Shown here piece after piece: positions 12,741 through 25,687 of a DNA stretch of 64,000 bases. The DNA is taken from positions 109,864,001 to 109,928,000 of the forward strand of contig OZ024740.1 in NCBI GenBank assembly GCA_964016885.1, written 5' to 3'. Within the stretch, counting starts at the first letter, position 1. Each line of letters begins with the position of its first letter. The translations under genes and the position numbers were made by a program. The DNA is from Eledone cirrhosa (lineage: Eukaryota). The notes under the pieces are model-generated. The model saw nothing but the letters and a program-made list of their open reading frames with translations. It did no database searches and was not told the DNA's origin.

Positions 12741-12936
12741 GGGCGGTGGATTGGCAGAATCTGTAGAGAGTCGGACACCATGCTTCATAGCATGAAGTTA
12801 CGTCCCTTTACGGTCTGAGTTCAAATACCGCCGAGGTTAACTTTGCCTTTCATCCTCACGGGATCGATAAAATAAAGTACCAGTAATGTACTGGGTAATT
12901 GCTGGCCTTGTGCCAAAAGTAGAAACAATTATTAGA
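12741..12936 (+). mobile_element. Full-length tRNA-derived SINE (Meta/Sauria-like domain)
   Basis: ggcggtggattggcag head, B-box gagttcaaatacc, conserved core, gtagaaacaattatt tail. Confidence 0.85.
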
Positions 12937-13067
12937 AACATTGCTTCATTTTTACATATCTAAGCATTAGTAAAATAACTAATAATTTCAAAAGTAATTT
13001 TTCAATTCCAATTGTTATGAACAGCAAAACATTAATAATAATTTTGTTCTAAGAAATATATATACAT

Positions 13068-13182
13068 TTGTGTGTGTAATATATATATATATATATATAC
13101 ACACACAGAAATATATATACATTTCTGTGTGTGTAATATATATATATACACACAGAAATATATATACATTTCTGTGTGTGTA

Positions 13183-13215
<33 letters not shown>

Positions 13216-13278
13216 GAAATATATATACATTTCTGTGTGTATAATATATATATATATATATATACACACAGAAATATA
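13068..13278. repeat. Tandem array of palindromic units cacacagaaat-atatatac-atttctgtgtg separated by (TA)n
   Basis: Three complete and two partial units visible. Confidence 0.85.
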
Positions 13279-13795
13279 TGGGCATTTCTCTGTTTGTCTG
13301 TCTGTCCTTCCCTAAAACTCAAATGTAGGTGCTACAGAAATATTACCTTCCCCTTCCTTTCTCCACTTTGGTACTACCAAGAGAAACATTGTCGCTATAG
13401 AAACATTACCTTCCCCTCTCCACTGACTTTGGTCACTGAGGCCGAGGGAATCGCTGGTTGCTATAGAGACACCTTGCACAAGCCAGAAGTAACCAGTTCG
13501 AGGCGGTTCTGACTTGACACCATGCCAAGGACCATATGAAGATATATTTCCATCGTTATATCATAACGTTTATATTTCCGTCACTAATCTCTTTTCCTCC
13601 TTTTTCGTTTTAACATATATTTATTTCAAAGATTTCACCGTATAGATAACATATATATTTATACATGCATAAAAGACACACCGAGAGACGGTGAACATGT
13701 GGTGCCGAAAACATTTCTCATCCAAATCTCAACAATATCAGTATATACACTAGATTTGCTAGCAGAAAACCGCCCACCGGGTGGTTTTCTGCTAG

Positions 13796-14381
13796 TCTAT
13801 ATATATATATAAAACTGAGGATGTCTGTGTGTGTGTGTGAGTTTGAATCCCTAAAACTCGAGAAGCACCCAACCGACTGTTTTCAAACTTTACACATGTA
13901 ATACTTATGTTTCAGGGAGTGTTCTGAGCAAAAGAAATTTCAAATTTTCAATGCTCTAGGGACCGCATTAGGCGATTTAGCGATCTCTCTCTATAAGTCT
14001 TAGACTTTCTCTTTTTAGATAGATACATACATATAACGTCGTGCCCTTATAATAGCTGTCTGTCTGTCTGCATTACGTCACTTCCCACAATTCCCTCTGC
14101 GTCCAGAACACACCCTTATAATATCTGTCTGTATGTCTGGCTGTCCGAAATTTCAAGGCATATTATGCACATAAAAAAAATTAATTTTCTTGCTGCATTA
14201 GGTGAAAACCTGCATTTTTCCTTCTTCATCGAGGAAAATCTTAAAGATTATCCAGCCATCAGAGTATTCGGATTATTTTCTTTACATATTGTCGAGGCAT
14301 GCAGTTCTTCCACGATTAGGTCTGTTGGCGGCCTGCGTTCCAAAATGCCTTATCCCGTGCAACGCCGGGTACCACTGCTAA
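13796..14381 (+). mobile_element. Non-autonomous Helitron-like element
   Basis: 5' TCTATATATATA..AAAACTGAGGATGTCTGTGTG; 3' hairpin cccgtgcaacgccggg followed by CTAA|T (CTRR); internal (GTCT)n. Confidence 0.7.
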
Positions 14382-14803
14382 TTCAATATACAATCTACAT
14401 ATACATCTATGTTGGAGCGAATATCCAAATTCTAATTCTTATACAAGCAAATCCAGCCTAAGCTCTGTATGCAAATGAGGCTTATCAGCCTATATACATA
14501 AGTGAAAAAACTATGTTTTTGGCTTATTTGAGTTCCAGTAAAAGGAAAGGAAGGGGATACGTGACCTTGACAATGGCGATTCAGCCAGAAACTGCACTAT
14601 TGGTTGCTTCCCCTTGCTTCTGCTGGAACAAGGTAGATGATTTCAGTTATCATCTTTAAAATTTATTGCTAAAGGCTTTCAAATATTTATTTATAAACAT
14701 ATATATTTGATATACAACCTTCATATACATGAGTGTGTGTGTATATATATATATACACATACACCCACACACATATAGATAAATATATAACAATACACAC
14801 ACA

Positions 14804-14850
<47 letters not shown>

Positions 14851-14932
14851 TATATATCTGAGTTCTAGGTTCAATCAGGGGTAACCACAATTAGTAAGGT
14901 ACTCAATACATTAGTAGAGTGTAACCATCAAG

Positions 14933-14984
<52 letters not shown>

Positions 14985-17382
14985 CTATCACAGTGGAGAA
15001 TGCATGTATAAGTGACACTGGTAGATACCATATGTACACATATATTTCTAAATAGTATTGTTAGATAAGACACACTCACCATTTTACATACAAAATTCTT
15101 AGCTCAATATTTAATTCACATATAAGGTTTTCTAGCCCCATAGAGGAGATGTTGTTTTTCTTGGAAAAAGGTGTGACTTATACCTGAATATATATATATA
15201 GTATATACTAAGAGGAGTATATATGAAAGTATATATGATATGTGAACCCAACTTTGTTAGTGCTACTGCAAAGTAAATACTAATGCATAAGTCACACCCA
15301 TATGTTGCATACAACATTGTTGGTTCAGTATACCTATTTGTATCTGGTTTAGAATAGGTACACCTTATCCTGTGTGTCATAAGTGGCAACTAAAAAGGTT
15401 GGCACCATGGAGCCTGAAAGGTAAGGTTAATCTCTGTTCCGGTGCATATAAATCTTTTTATGTTCAGTAGATGAATGACATTTTGGTTTTTACATCACTT
15501 GTTTAGGAGAAAAGGAGAGAAAGAGGGAAAAGGAGTGAGAGATAGGGTGGGTAGATAGGATAGAGGTGATATTTCATCATCATCATCATCCTCATTTAAC
15601 ATCCATCTTCCACGCTACCATGGGTTGGATGGCTTTGTCCCACTTGAGGTGAGATTGGTCAGGAGACTGTGTCTTGCTCATACAGAACTGTCTCTGGCAG
15701 CTGGATGCCCTTCCTAACACCAACCACATTTACAGTGTGGACTGGGAGCCTTTTTACCGTGTCTTCTACACGCCCACTTTACAGTGTGGACTGGGTGCTT
15801 TTTGTCGTGTCACCTACATTTCTAAATGCCAATTAAATTCATATGTATGTGTGTGTGTGTGTGTGTTGGGCCTCCATTGATTCTGATGATGAGTGTTCTG
15901 TTTATATATGAATATAATACAGTATATACTCATGTATAAGTGAATTCCATTTTGCATACATTCTTGGCTCATTACTAGTCTCACGAATGAAGTATTCTAG
16001 GTTCAGTAGATAAGCCGCTTGCTTATTCATGGGAAAAGCTGTGACTTAAACATGAGAATATACAATCATTCATTAGAATTGCTAATTGAAGAATAGAAAG
16101 AATGAAAAGTAAATAAAATACACAAAAGTAATAAATTAAATACAAATTTTGAATAGCAATATTGTTGGTTGGCCCGATTAAATAGACAGTGATGATGATG
16201 GGAAGAAAAGATAGCAGTGATAAAACGACTATGTGGCTGAAACTGTTTGTTTGTTAGAAACAATGAATAAATGATATCTCAGAGGAATTGTAAATAAATG
16301 TCAATTCTAGAAATATACATGAACAATAATAAATGGAATCAATATATAATGTATTGGTTCCAGCCTGGCTAACAATTATTCTGGAGAAATTCTCCAGCTC
16401 AGGACAATTTAGTCATGTAGATACATATTTTTAAATTTAGATTTTCTGTTTCCATCATTAATTATTTTATCAAGATTTCCTTTGCTTTTTTATCTAAAAC
16501 TATCTCTGCCTCTGTGTGTGTGTGTGTGTGTGTGTACATTTACTGTTTCTTTAAGTCCTATAACTCAGCAATTTCAAACAGAGATTGATGAAGTAAGTAC
16601 CAAACTTGAAGAAACAAGTTGAGTATTGGGGTCGATATGATTGACTAAAACCGTTGAAAGCAGCACTCCAGCATGGCCACTGTCAAATTACTGAAACCAG
16701 TAAAAGAATAAAAGAATAAGGAACAATATGGCTTATGTCTATAAATTACTGAAGCTTTGAATTGGATTTCCTGAAGCTGAAACTAAAACCCTTAGAAAAT
16801 AATAATAATATTAATAATAATAATAATGAACTGCTACAGAAAAGTATCCTATAACTTTTATCTATTTTAAATGGAAAAAAAATTCTCACAAAAACTCACC
16901 TTTTTTAAGTGATATCTGATAATGTTAAAAAAAAATACCATTAAGAAATACCATTAAGAAATACCAATGAAATGTATGCCATTTATCAGAAGTTATAGCT
17001 GAATAAATAGTTGAGAGAAGCACATACTGTGAAATGTTAATAGCAGGAATGATATGGAGCAGAAATCAAATATTGCTCTGATAAAAATCAGGATATCATA
17101 TGAAGGGCTTGGAACAATTTGCTGCTAATAATCATCATCATCATCATCATTTTACATCCATTGTTCCACGATTGTATGGGTTGGATGGGTCCTTCTCAGT
17201 AGAGCATCTCTCCACTTGTCGCGTTCCTTTGTCTTCTCCTCCGTAATAATATACATAAATGGTCACATTTTAAAATTGTTATATCATGAAAAGGAAAGTG
17301 TTATAGACAGAAAGCTTTATTTATAAAGTAAAAGATTGCATAGCAGCTAAAGGATTTTCTTTTTTTATAGAGAGGAATATTT

Positions 17383-17590
17383 TATGAGCAAAACCAACCA
17401 TCAGGAGACCCAGGGGTAAACCCCAAGCATCTTGCTTGGATAGCATCCATGAACTTGACTGGTCTCACTTGGGGATTCAGCTGGATCAATTGGAGATGGT
17501 TGCTTCTGACAAGACCGACTGGAAGGTGTGCTTGAAAACTGCCACCACGACCCTCCCAGGAATAAGTGGGCAAAGGAGGAGGAGGAGAGA
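17383..17590 (+). mobile_element. RTE-like LINE 3' fragment (subfamily C)
   Basis: Homologous to 1160-1346; ends ggaataagtgggcaaaggagg. Confidence 0.65.
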
Positions 17591-17673
17591 AGATTACACT
17601 TGTGTGGACACTGAAGGAAACGTTGGACTATGTATTCCTAGATACATAAAAAGACAGGACAGTCATGTCTAGT

Positions 17674-17782
17674 ATATTAGTGAAGTAGAGGATTGACCAC
17701 GAACCCAGGCAGTTTCAGTTAGAAAGAGGTAACTAGCCGAAAACCACCCGAACTTGCAGTTGCTCCTCTACTTCACAAATAT
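17674..17782. repeat. Old foldback palindrome at a Penelope-like terminus
   Basis: Outer 19 bp match 18/19; inner arms differ almost only by transitions; minus strand of left arm reads GAAACTGC-loop-GTGGTC. Confidence 0.65.
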
Positions 17783-18718
17783 GTGTGTGAGTATGTGTGA
17801 ATTCAATAGCTGCAGTAGCAACAATAACAGCAGCAACAGAGGGGAAGCAGTAAGGACTACTCTAGAGATATTTATTGCTCAATCTTTCTATCTTTGCTCT
17901 TAGGCATTCTTACAAAAGATATCCTCCTAATCACACAGACTAACACTCACATATACTCATGCATATACACATTCTCATACAGACAAGCACTCACATATAC
18001 ACATTCACACACAGACTAACACTCACATATACACACTCATTTACACATTCACACACAGACAAACACTAAAAATAGACACCTTTTTTGAAAATCATAAATG
18101 ATTAGGAAATTGTTTATAACTCACCATTGCTCACAGCTATCTATATTTATGTGTGTGTGTGTGTGTGTCACATCATCAATAGCAGATAAACAAAGATATT
18201 GCACACATAAATACATACATTATATATATATATATAACACACATGTACATAGCATGAACATAACCACATGCACTCACACATACATACACACATACACACA
18301 TCTATTTCATATTGTAATTATATTTAGATGTGAGAATGAGTTGTAAAGGATGAAAGTACTGAAAGATGTGGATGAGAGATGAAGGAAGCTGAATGGGAGA
18401 AGAAGAATATGATGAGTGGAAGAAGAGGATGCGAAGACAATTGAAGAAGAAAGATAAGAAGAAAACGACTGGAGAAGAAGAAGACAGAAGAAGGAAAACA
18501 ATATATCAAAAGATGAAACACAATTGATGATAATTAAAAAAAACAACAAAAAAATGTTTTCCTAATTATGGTGGATGTGAGGTTTGGGGGTGGAGTCTTT
18601 TACTGTAATTGGAATGGTTTAAATGGTACGACAATAATGGTCACTAGCACCACTACCACAAAGCTGTTTATTTTAAAAATGTTCATATTTGAATTTACAC
18701 TTCCCATCATAATTTTGT

Positions 18719-18918
18719 TTAACCCTTTAGTATTTACATTACTCAATATTTACTATTATATTTTCACAGTAAAGGTTTTATCTCACATAATATCGACTAT
18801 GAGATTTTGATATTATTTATTTTGAGAACAAAACCTTAACATCAGTATGAGTGGCCAGTTATGGCTGGCTTGAGAGAATTATGGCCGGATACGGCCAGTT
18901 TAAATGCTAAAGGGTCAA
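18719..18918. mobile_element. piggyBac-like MITE
   Basis: TTAA|ccctttagtattta ... taaatgctaaaggg|TCAA: 14-bp TIR with 1 mismatch, TTAA-like TSD. Confidence 0.55.
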
Positions 18919-19392
18919 GAATATTTTGTTTCAATCACCAATTTAAAGGGGTAAAGTTAGTTTTGTATTACAAAACCTCTCAAAATCCTTGGTTATTTTC
19001 AAAATTAATTGAAAATTAGAGAGTGTATTTCCTTCGAAATATGTTAACTAAAAGGTTAAACATAAATACACATTTACTGGAAATCACCTGAAGAAATCAT
19101 CATCATAATTCTCCTTTGCATGGAATGGAATGATATTGATCATGATCATTATCATTTTATGACTTATATAAGGTTATATAACCAATATTTATGGGATATT
19201 TAACACTTAAATCATAGCTAGGCCAACGCATCAGACATAATAATCTGACCGGGTAACATATCAGCTTAAAAATGTAATGGCTATCTATTGCTTGTCATAA
19301 CTTATAGTGTTTTTTACAATATAATCAAAAAGGCCATAGTGCTAACAGGGTTATATATATGTAATAGCACTAGTTGAATGTCAACATTTAAA

Positions 19393-21085
19393 TCATCATC
19401 ATCATCATTTTACGTCCGCTTTTCCTGCTTGCAAGGGTGGGACGGGTCTTATTCAGCAGAGCATCTCTCCACTTGTCACGGTCCTTCGTCATCTCCACCG
19501 TGAGCTTCAGCGATCTGAGGTCTGTTCTCACCATCTCCGCCCATGTTTTTCATGGTCTACCTCTACCATGTCTTCCTTCAACTGGCATTTCCTGGCACTT
19601 TTTCACCCATCGGTCATCCTCCATGCACATCACATGTCCATACCACCTCAGTCTCCTCTCTTGCACACTACATTCTATCCCTCTCAGACACAGTTTCTCT
19701 CTCAACACATTCATGCTGGGTCGTTTACGCACATTGACATTGCACATCCAACGGAGCATGCTTGCCTCATTTCTCTCCAGCCGTCGCATATCCTCTGCAG
19801 TTGCTGCCCATGTCTCACTACCATGCAGCATTGTGCTCCTCACACAGGCATCATATAACCGGCCTTTCGTATGCAGGAAGAAACCCTTCTTCATCAGCAG
19901 AGGAAGCAGCTCCCTAAACTTCTTCCAACCCGTCCTTATTCTAGATACTATGGCCTCGGAACACCCACCCCCCCTCTCATGCTAATCTGATCTCCTAGGT
20001 ACCGGAAGCTATCCACCACTTCTATAGCACCCACTTGTATTTGAAAAATGTGTCTATCAATGCGACTTCTACTGTCTAATTTCCCTGTACATCTACTGCA
20101 TACGTATTTCTCCCTACCTGTTAGCATGCCTGCTATCCCACTACATCTCTTGTGTACCCAGGATCTGCATTGTGTGCATTTTATAGAATTTATGCCAGTT
20201 CCTTTTCTGCATATCGAACATGGCCATTTTCCTGACGGAATCAGAGTTTTGTCCTCTTTTCTACTCATCAACACTTTTGTCTTAGCTAGGTTCACTTCCA
20301 GTCCTTTTGCTTCCAACTGCTGTTTCCATAGCCAGAATTTATTCTCTAGCTCCTCTACTGATTCTGTTACAAGAACCAGATCGTCAGCATAGAGAAGTTC
20401 CCATGGACAGCCAGTCTTAAACTCCTCTGTTATAGATTGGAGGACTATAATGAACAAGAGCGGGCTGAGGACCGAACCTTGATGTACTTGTATCTGGAAT
20501 CCCTCACTAAACTCCATTCCTACCCTGACTTTACTGAGAGTACCTCTGTACAAAGTTTGCACTGTCCTCACAAGCCATTCCTCAATACCTAGTTTCCTTA
20601 GGGACCACCAGATGACAGATCGGGGTACCCTATCAAAGGCCTTCTCTAGGTCAACAAAGGCTAAGTATAGTGGCCTATTTTTCTCTAAGAACCTCTCTTG
20701 TAATTGTCTCACCAAGACGAGGGCATCTGTTGTACTCTTCCCAGGCACAAAACCAAACTGCATCTCATCTAGTTTGACCCTTTCTCTAATTAGTTGTGCT
20801 AATATCCTTTCTGCCACTTTCATAACCTGATCTATCAGCTTTATACACCTATAATTGCTCCTCTCCAGAGCATCCCCTTTACCTTTGTAGCAATTTATGA
20901 GAATACTGCTGCACCAGTCTTTGGGTATGACACCACCATATATAACCTGATTAATGATGCGTGCAACCAGTTTAGTGGCTACGTCCCCTGATGCCTTCAG
21001 CATCTCAGCAACTATCCCGATGGTCCCGCAGCCTTACCATTTTTCATTTCCTTAATCGCCTCTTGGACCCTATATTCGTCAATCT
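19393..21085 (-). mobile_element. RTE-clade LINE (subfamily B), 5'-truncated, frameshifted RT plus PHD finger
   Basis: ORFs 19948-21003 and 19550-19894: QFGF, FVDLEKAFDRV, HQGSVLSP, LYADD, C4HC3, RRLRWYGHV; (GAT)n tail. Confidence 0.95.
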
Positions 21086-21984
21086 CAATCTCTTAAATAG
21101 GATTGAAAAAAAAAACACTTTTTTATGGCATACCAATTTGATTTGATGCAGTCTGGATGTAGACATAGGCATGCCATAATGGTTAAGCAGTTCACTTCCC
21201 AATCATGTGGTCCCAGGTTTGGTGCCACAGGGTGACATCTTAAGCAAGTGTCTTTATCATATTTTGGGGTTGATTTCAACCTTGTGAATGAAATTAGGTG
21301 GATGGAAGCTCATGGAAGCCCCCTGAATGGATTTCATTTATAATTAAAATGTCCAGCCTTCACACACAGTGTCATCCTTGGGTATGTTTTAAAGGAGGCT
21401 ATATGTGTCAGTAGGACACTCTGTTACTTACACGATAAGTCACAGCATAGACGGTCCAGTTGATTTAAACAGCTAAACGTCCATGATGATCTATCAGGTA
21501 CTCTGGATAGTTCAAACATTTAAAAAAAAAGTTACAATTCAAAACTGAGCAGCCTCAACTAATTTGTTTGATATATCAATTAAAAGATGCTACATATATG
21601 GGGTGTGCCCTATCCACCAAAAACAAAAATAAAAATTAGACTCCTGGACATACACAGAGAGTCAATACAGAAGTCACACAAACTCACCTTTTAACCACAC
21701 AGCTATACCTGCACCTATATCTATCTATCTATATGATGGTGCCAAGATAAAAGGCACCCAGTAGACTCTGTAAAGTGGTTGGTGTTAGAAAGAGTATCCA
21801 ACTGTAGAAAGTATGTCAAACAAACATTTTGAGAAGACTCTTCAGTTATTTCAAGGACATGACAACCTCCATAGTTCTGGTACCATGATAAAATGCACTC
21901 AGTACACTTTGTAAAGTGAAGAACATCCAGTAGCAGAAAACATATGTAAGCAAGATATGCCACATGTGCCTAGAAACTCAGATT

Positions 21985-22312
21985 TTGTACCGACTTGGTC
22001 TCTGATAACCTTCACACCTAACATGTAGCAAATTTACATATATAACTCAGTCTGTGGTAAACCTTCTCTCCTAACATGTAACAAATTTGTATATATAATT
22101 TGGTTTATGATAAACTTCACTCCTATCATGTAGCAAATTTACATATATAACTCAGTCTGTGATAACTTTCTCTCATACCATGTAGTAAATTTACAAATAT
22201 ACATCTTGGTCTGTGATAACCCTCCCTTCTACCATGTAGCAAATTTATATATATAACTCGGTCTGAGATAACTTTCTCTCATACCATGTAGCAAATTTGT
22301 ATATACAACTTG
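21985..22312. repeat. 52-54-bp minisatellite x6
   Basis: catgta(g)caaattt at 22022, 22075, 22127, 22179, 22233, 22285. Confidence 0.9.
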
Positions 22313-22967
22313 TTTGTCCCTTACTCTCCAAACAAAATTCCGTTTTCTCTTTTAAAATTATTTCTCATTTTTTTTTTAATGATTGACACCACACAATATC
22401 CTAGATCTCACTCACTTACTCAGTGGGGTGGAACTCATTAAATCGAACCAAGGAAACAATATTTCCATTGCTGATACTATCTACCGGCTGCAACTCTCGA
22501 CAGAAAGAGCAACATGAAATCCAGGAGTCAAACTCGCAACCTCATGATTGTGAATCCAATTTTCTAACTACTAAACCACTCACCTTTTCAATTATACCTC
22601 CTATTTTGGACTAGAAAACTAACCGTCGTGTGTGTATTCAGAATGGAATATCCTGTTCCTCAATAGAACTATTAATAACGTTTCTTCTTTGCAAAGTAAT
22701 TTTCCTAAAACCCAAAATTAATATTACAAATCAACAGATAAATTACCATATATACTTAAATATAGGCTGAACTCCCCTATTTTATGTATGAAAATAGACA
22801 AAAATCCAAACCCCGAGTATAAGCCAAGAGAGCTAATCAACAAATTATTTAGATGGTGTGGTTTTGAAATTCTCATGAGTGGAGAATATATTTATGAAGC
22901 TTTAATATTTTAAATGTTTTAAGTGTTGTCTAGAGTATAGTTTTTGTTTCGAAACTCCATTATGTAA

Positions 22968-23146
22968 GGCGGTGGATTGGCAGTATCGGTAGATGGTCGG
23001 ACGCCATGCTTTAACACATTGAGTTACGGCCCTTGCCATTCTGAGTTCAAATCCCGCCGAGGTTAACTTTGCCTTTCATCCTTACGGGGTCGATAAAATA
23101 AAGTACCAGTAATACACTGGCCTTGTGCCAAAAGTAGAAACAATTA
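22968..23146 (+). mobile_element. tRNA-derived SINE with 9-bp TSD
   Basis: Same family as 12741-12936; attatgtaa at 22959-22967 and 23143-23151. Further truncated copies at ~27017-27124, 30781-30930, 60086-60191. Confidence 0.88.
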
Positions 23147-24229
23147 TGTAATGATTTTTTTATCATTTCATCCACTTTATAAAGTGTCAACAAGTTTATT
23201 GGATTTTTGTTTAATTCTGGCTACTCACATGCTGGGGATACTTTGCTTTATTTTTGTAGCAGACAAACAATAGCACCACCTCTGAATGTAACATATTTCT
23301 GTTTAATAAAACACTGTCTGCCATCTATTTTTTTGTCATATATTTCTCAGCTTATATACAAGTATATATGTTAACTGTTTCATAACCATGTTTGAAGGTT
23401 TTAATTTAAAATAGGAACTCTCTAAAAGGGTGTGTTGGTACAGAGGCAGAGGATTTACCAAGACACAATGAACTGGATTAAATATCTTGGTATTTATTTC
23501 GATTCTCCGCACACTGTGTTCAAATCACATCAAAGTCAACTTTACTTTCTTCCTTTTGGGGTTGATAAATAAAGTAGAAGGACAGGTGCAGTGGATTGAT
23601 GGAATTGTTGAAGAACTGCACAGGATGCTTTGTGGTGTCTGTTCCAGCTATTTTTGTTGTGACTTCAAATCCCAACTCATTTTGTCAGGAGAGCAAATTT
23701 TTGGGGAAGGGCAAAGTTGATTATATCAACCCCAGTACTTGACTGATATTTTATTTTGTTGACCCTAGAAGGATGAAAGGCAAAGTTGACCTTGGTGGGA
23801 TTCGAATTCAGTATGTAAAAAGTCAGAACAAATATCACAATGGCATTTTACATGACTGTCTATCAATTTTACTAATTCACCACCCTGTTGACTGGCACAT
23901 AATATTGGCAATAAAAAGACCAATGGAAACATAGTTTCCTTTGTTCAATCTGACAATTATCATCTTCCCTTTTTTTAAGGTTTTATTTCATAGAACCAAA
24001 ACCATTTTGTGTGGGTTGGTATCAAAAGTTTTACAACTTGATAGGAAAAAAAAAAACAACCCCAAAATAACAAAAACATAAAACAGTTGCATTAAAAAAT
24101 ACATTATTATAGGAAATTATAGGAAATTTCAAAAACATTGTCCAAAGTTTCATAAAACTTTTTTAAACGGAATTTTTCCAGATGTTTTAAACTAATATCC
24201 TGGAAAAGTTTATTATAATATAAAGGAAA

Positions 24230-24830
24230 TCCCAAGATAGAAAGAACAATTGTATAGAATGGATGGATGGCAGTGATTTGATTTTGGGAGTAAATAAAGA
24301 GAATAAGTAATGCAGAAGGTAATTTAATTTGTAGGTATTGAATACATGGAGACAGACATACATTTGATGAAAATGTGGAGTGGATGGAATGTTATGGTGT
24401 TGATGGATGGTGGAGAGAATGGGAGAGGATGGGATGGGATGGAAATAGGATGGCAAAGCATGAGATGGGTTGGTGTTGATGGGTTGAGGATAGATAGAAT
24501 GGGATGGAGTGAAAATAGGATGGCAAAGTATGGGATGAGTTTGTGTTGATGGATGGAATAGATGAGATAATGACATGTATTCTGTGTTTACCAGAATAAT
24601 CTGTTTAGTGGTAGTGGTAGGAAGGATAAGGTGTTCAATATAACAGAAGATAAGTGTGTATGTTGGGAGAGGTGGGAGAGTGTAAAGAGAAGAAAGGCAG
24701 GTGCGTATAATCATGGAGATTGTGAGAGTGTATATTAGGAAAGAAAGTAGGAGTTTATATGAAGAGAGGATGTGGTTTCCAAAAAAGTATTCACTTATCC
24801 GATCAACTGTACCACATAAATATGGGTGTG
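24230..24830 (-). mobile_element. Possible highly decayed Penelope-like RT remnant
   Basis: TVDRISEYF..HILSSYKLLLSF loosely resembles the PLE RT N-terminal motif; otherwise low complexity. Confidence 0.25.
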
Positions 24831-25640
24831 TGTATATATATATATATATACCGTATGAGCAAGACAAGGTCAGCCGACCAGATACTGCCCACAACAGGAC
24901 AACCCATCTAACCCATGCTAGCGTGGAAGAACGGACGTAAGACGGTGATGATGATGATGATGATATAAATATATATGTGTGTGTGTGTATATATATATAT
25001 ATGGAAAAGCAGTCGTCAAACTAATATATTTCTTCCTTGTACTGTGCTGTTTTGTTTTGTTATTTTTGTTATTTCTGTTTACCTTTTGCATATCATTGTC
25101 GATTAACATCCATCTTCCACGCTAGCATGGCTTAGACGGGTTTGTCCCGTTTAGAGGCAAATTCGGTTGGGTGACGGTGTCTCGCTCATATAGGAGATTT
25201 GGCTGGTTTTCTATGGCTGGATGCCCTTCCTAATGCCAACCACATTGACAGTGTGTGCAGGGTGCTTTTTGCTGTCTTTTATACATCCACTTTAGTGTGG
25301 GCTGGGTGTTATAGGGCTGGTTTTCTACATCTGGATGCCTCTCCTAACACCAACCACATCTACGGGGCATGCTGGGTACTTTTTGTTGTGACACCTACAC
25401 GATTGCCAAATCCAAATACTTCACGCAAGAGAATAGATTTACAATAGTCAATGTTATAGAAATATGGAGTAACGTTTTCTAATAAAATAGAATTTTAAAA
25501 TCCTTGCTTACAAATATGAACCGTTCTTGTTCTTCTTTGTCCACTTATTCCTGAGAGGGTCCTGTCAGAAGCAACCATCTCGAATGAATCTGGATCCCTA
25601 AGCGAGACCAGCCAAGTTCATGGATGTTATCCAACCTATT

Positions 25641-25687
25641 GCCCTTGCTTCAATGGTGCATATATTAAAATTGGAACAATACAGAAA
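25641..25687 (+). pseudogene. U6: U6 snRNA 5' fragment (about nt 1-47)
   Basis: cttgcttc-aatggtg-catata-t-taaaattggaac-a-atacaga aligns without gaps to U6 CTTGCTTC-GGCAGCA-CATATA-C-TAAAATTGGAAC-G-ATACAGA; differences in this block are transitions. Confidence 0.75.

Noticed and set aside
6353-23146. tRNA genes at A/B-box motifs
   Set aside because: No cloverleaf; each runs into a SINE core.
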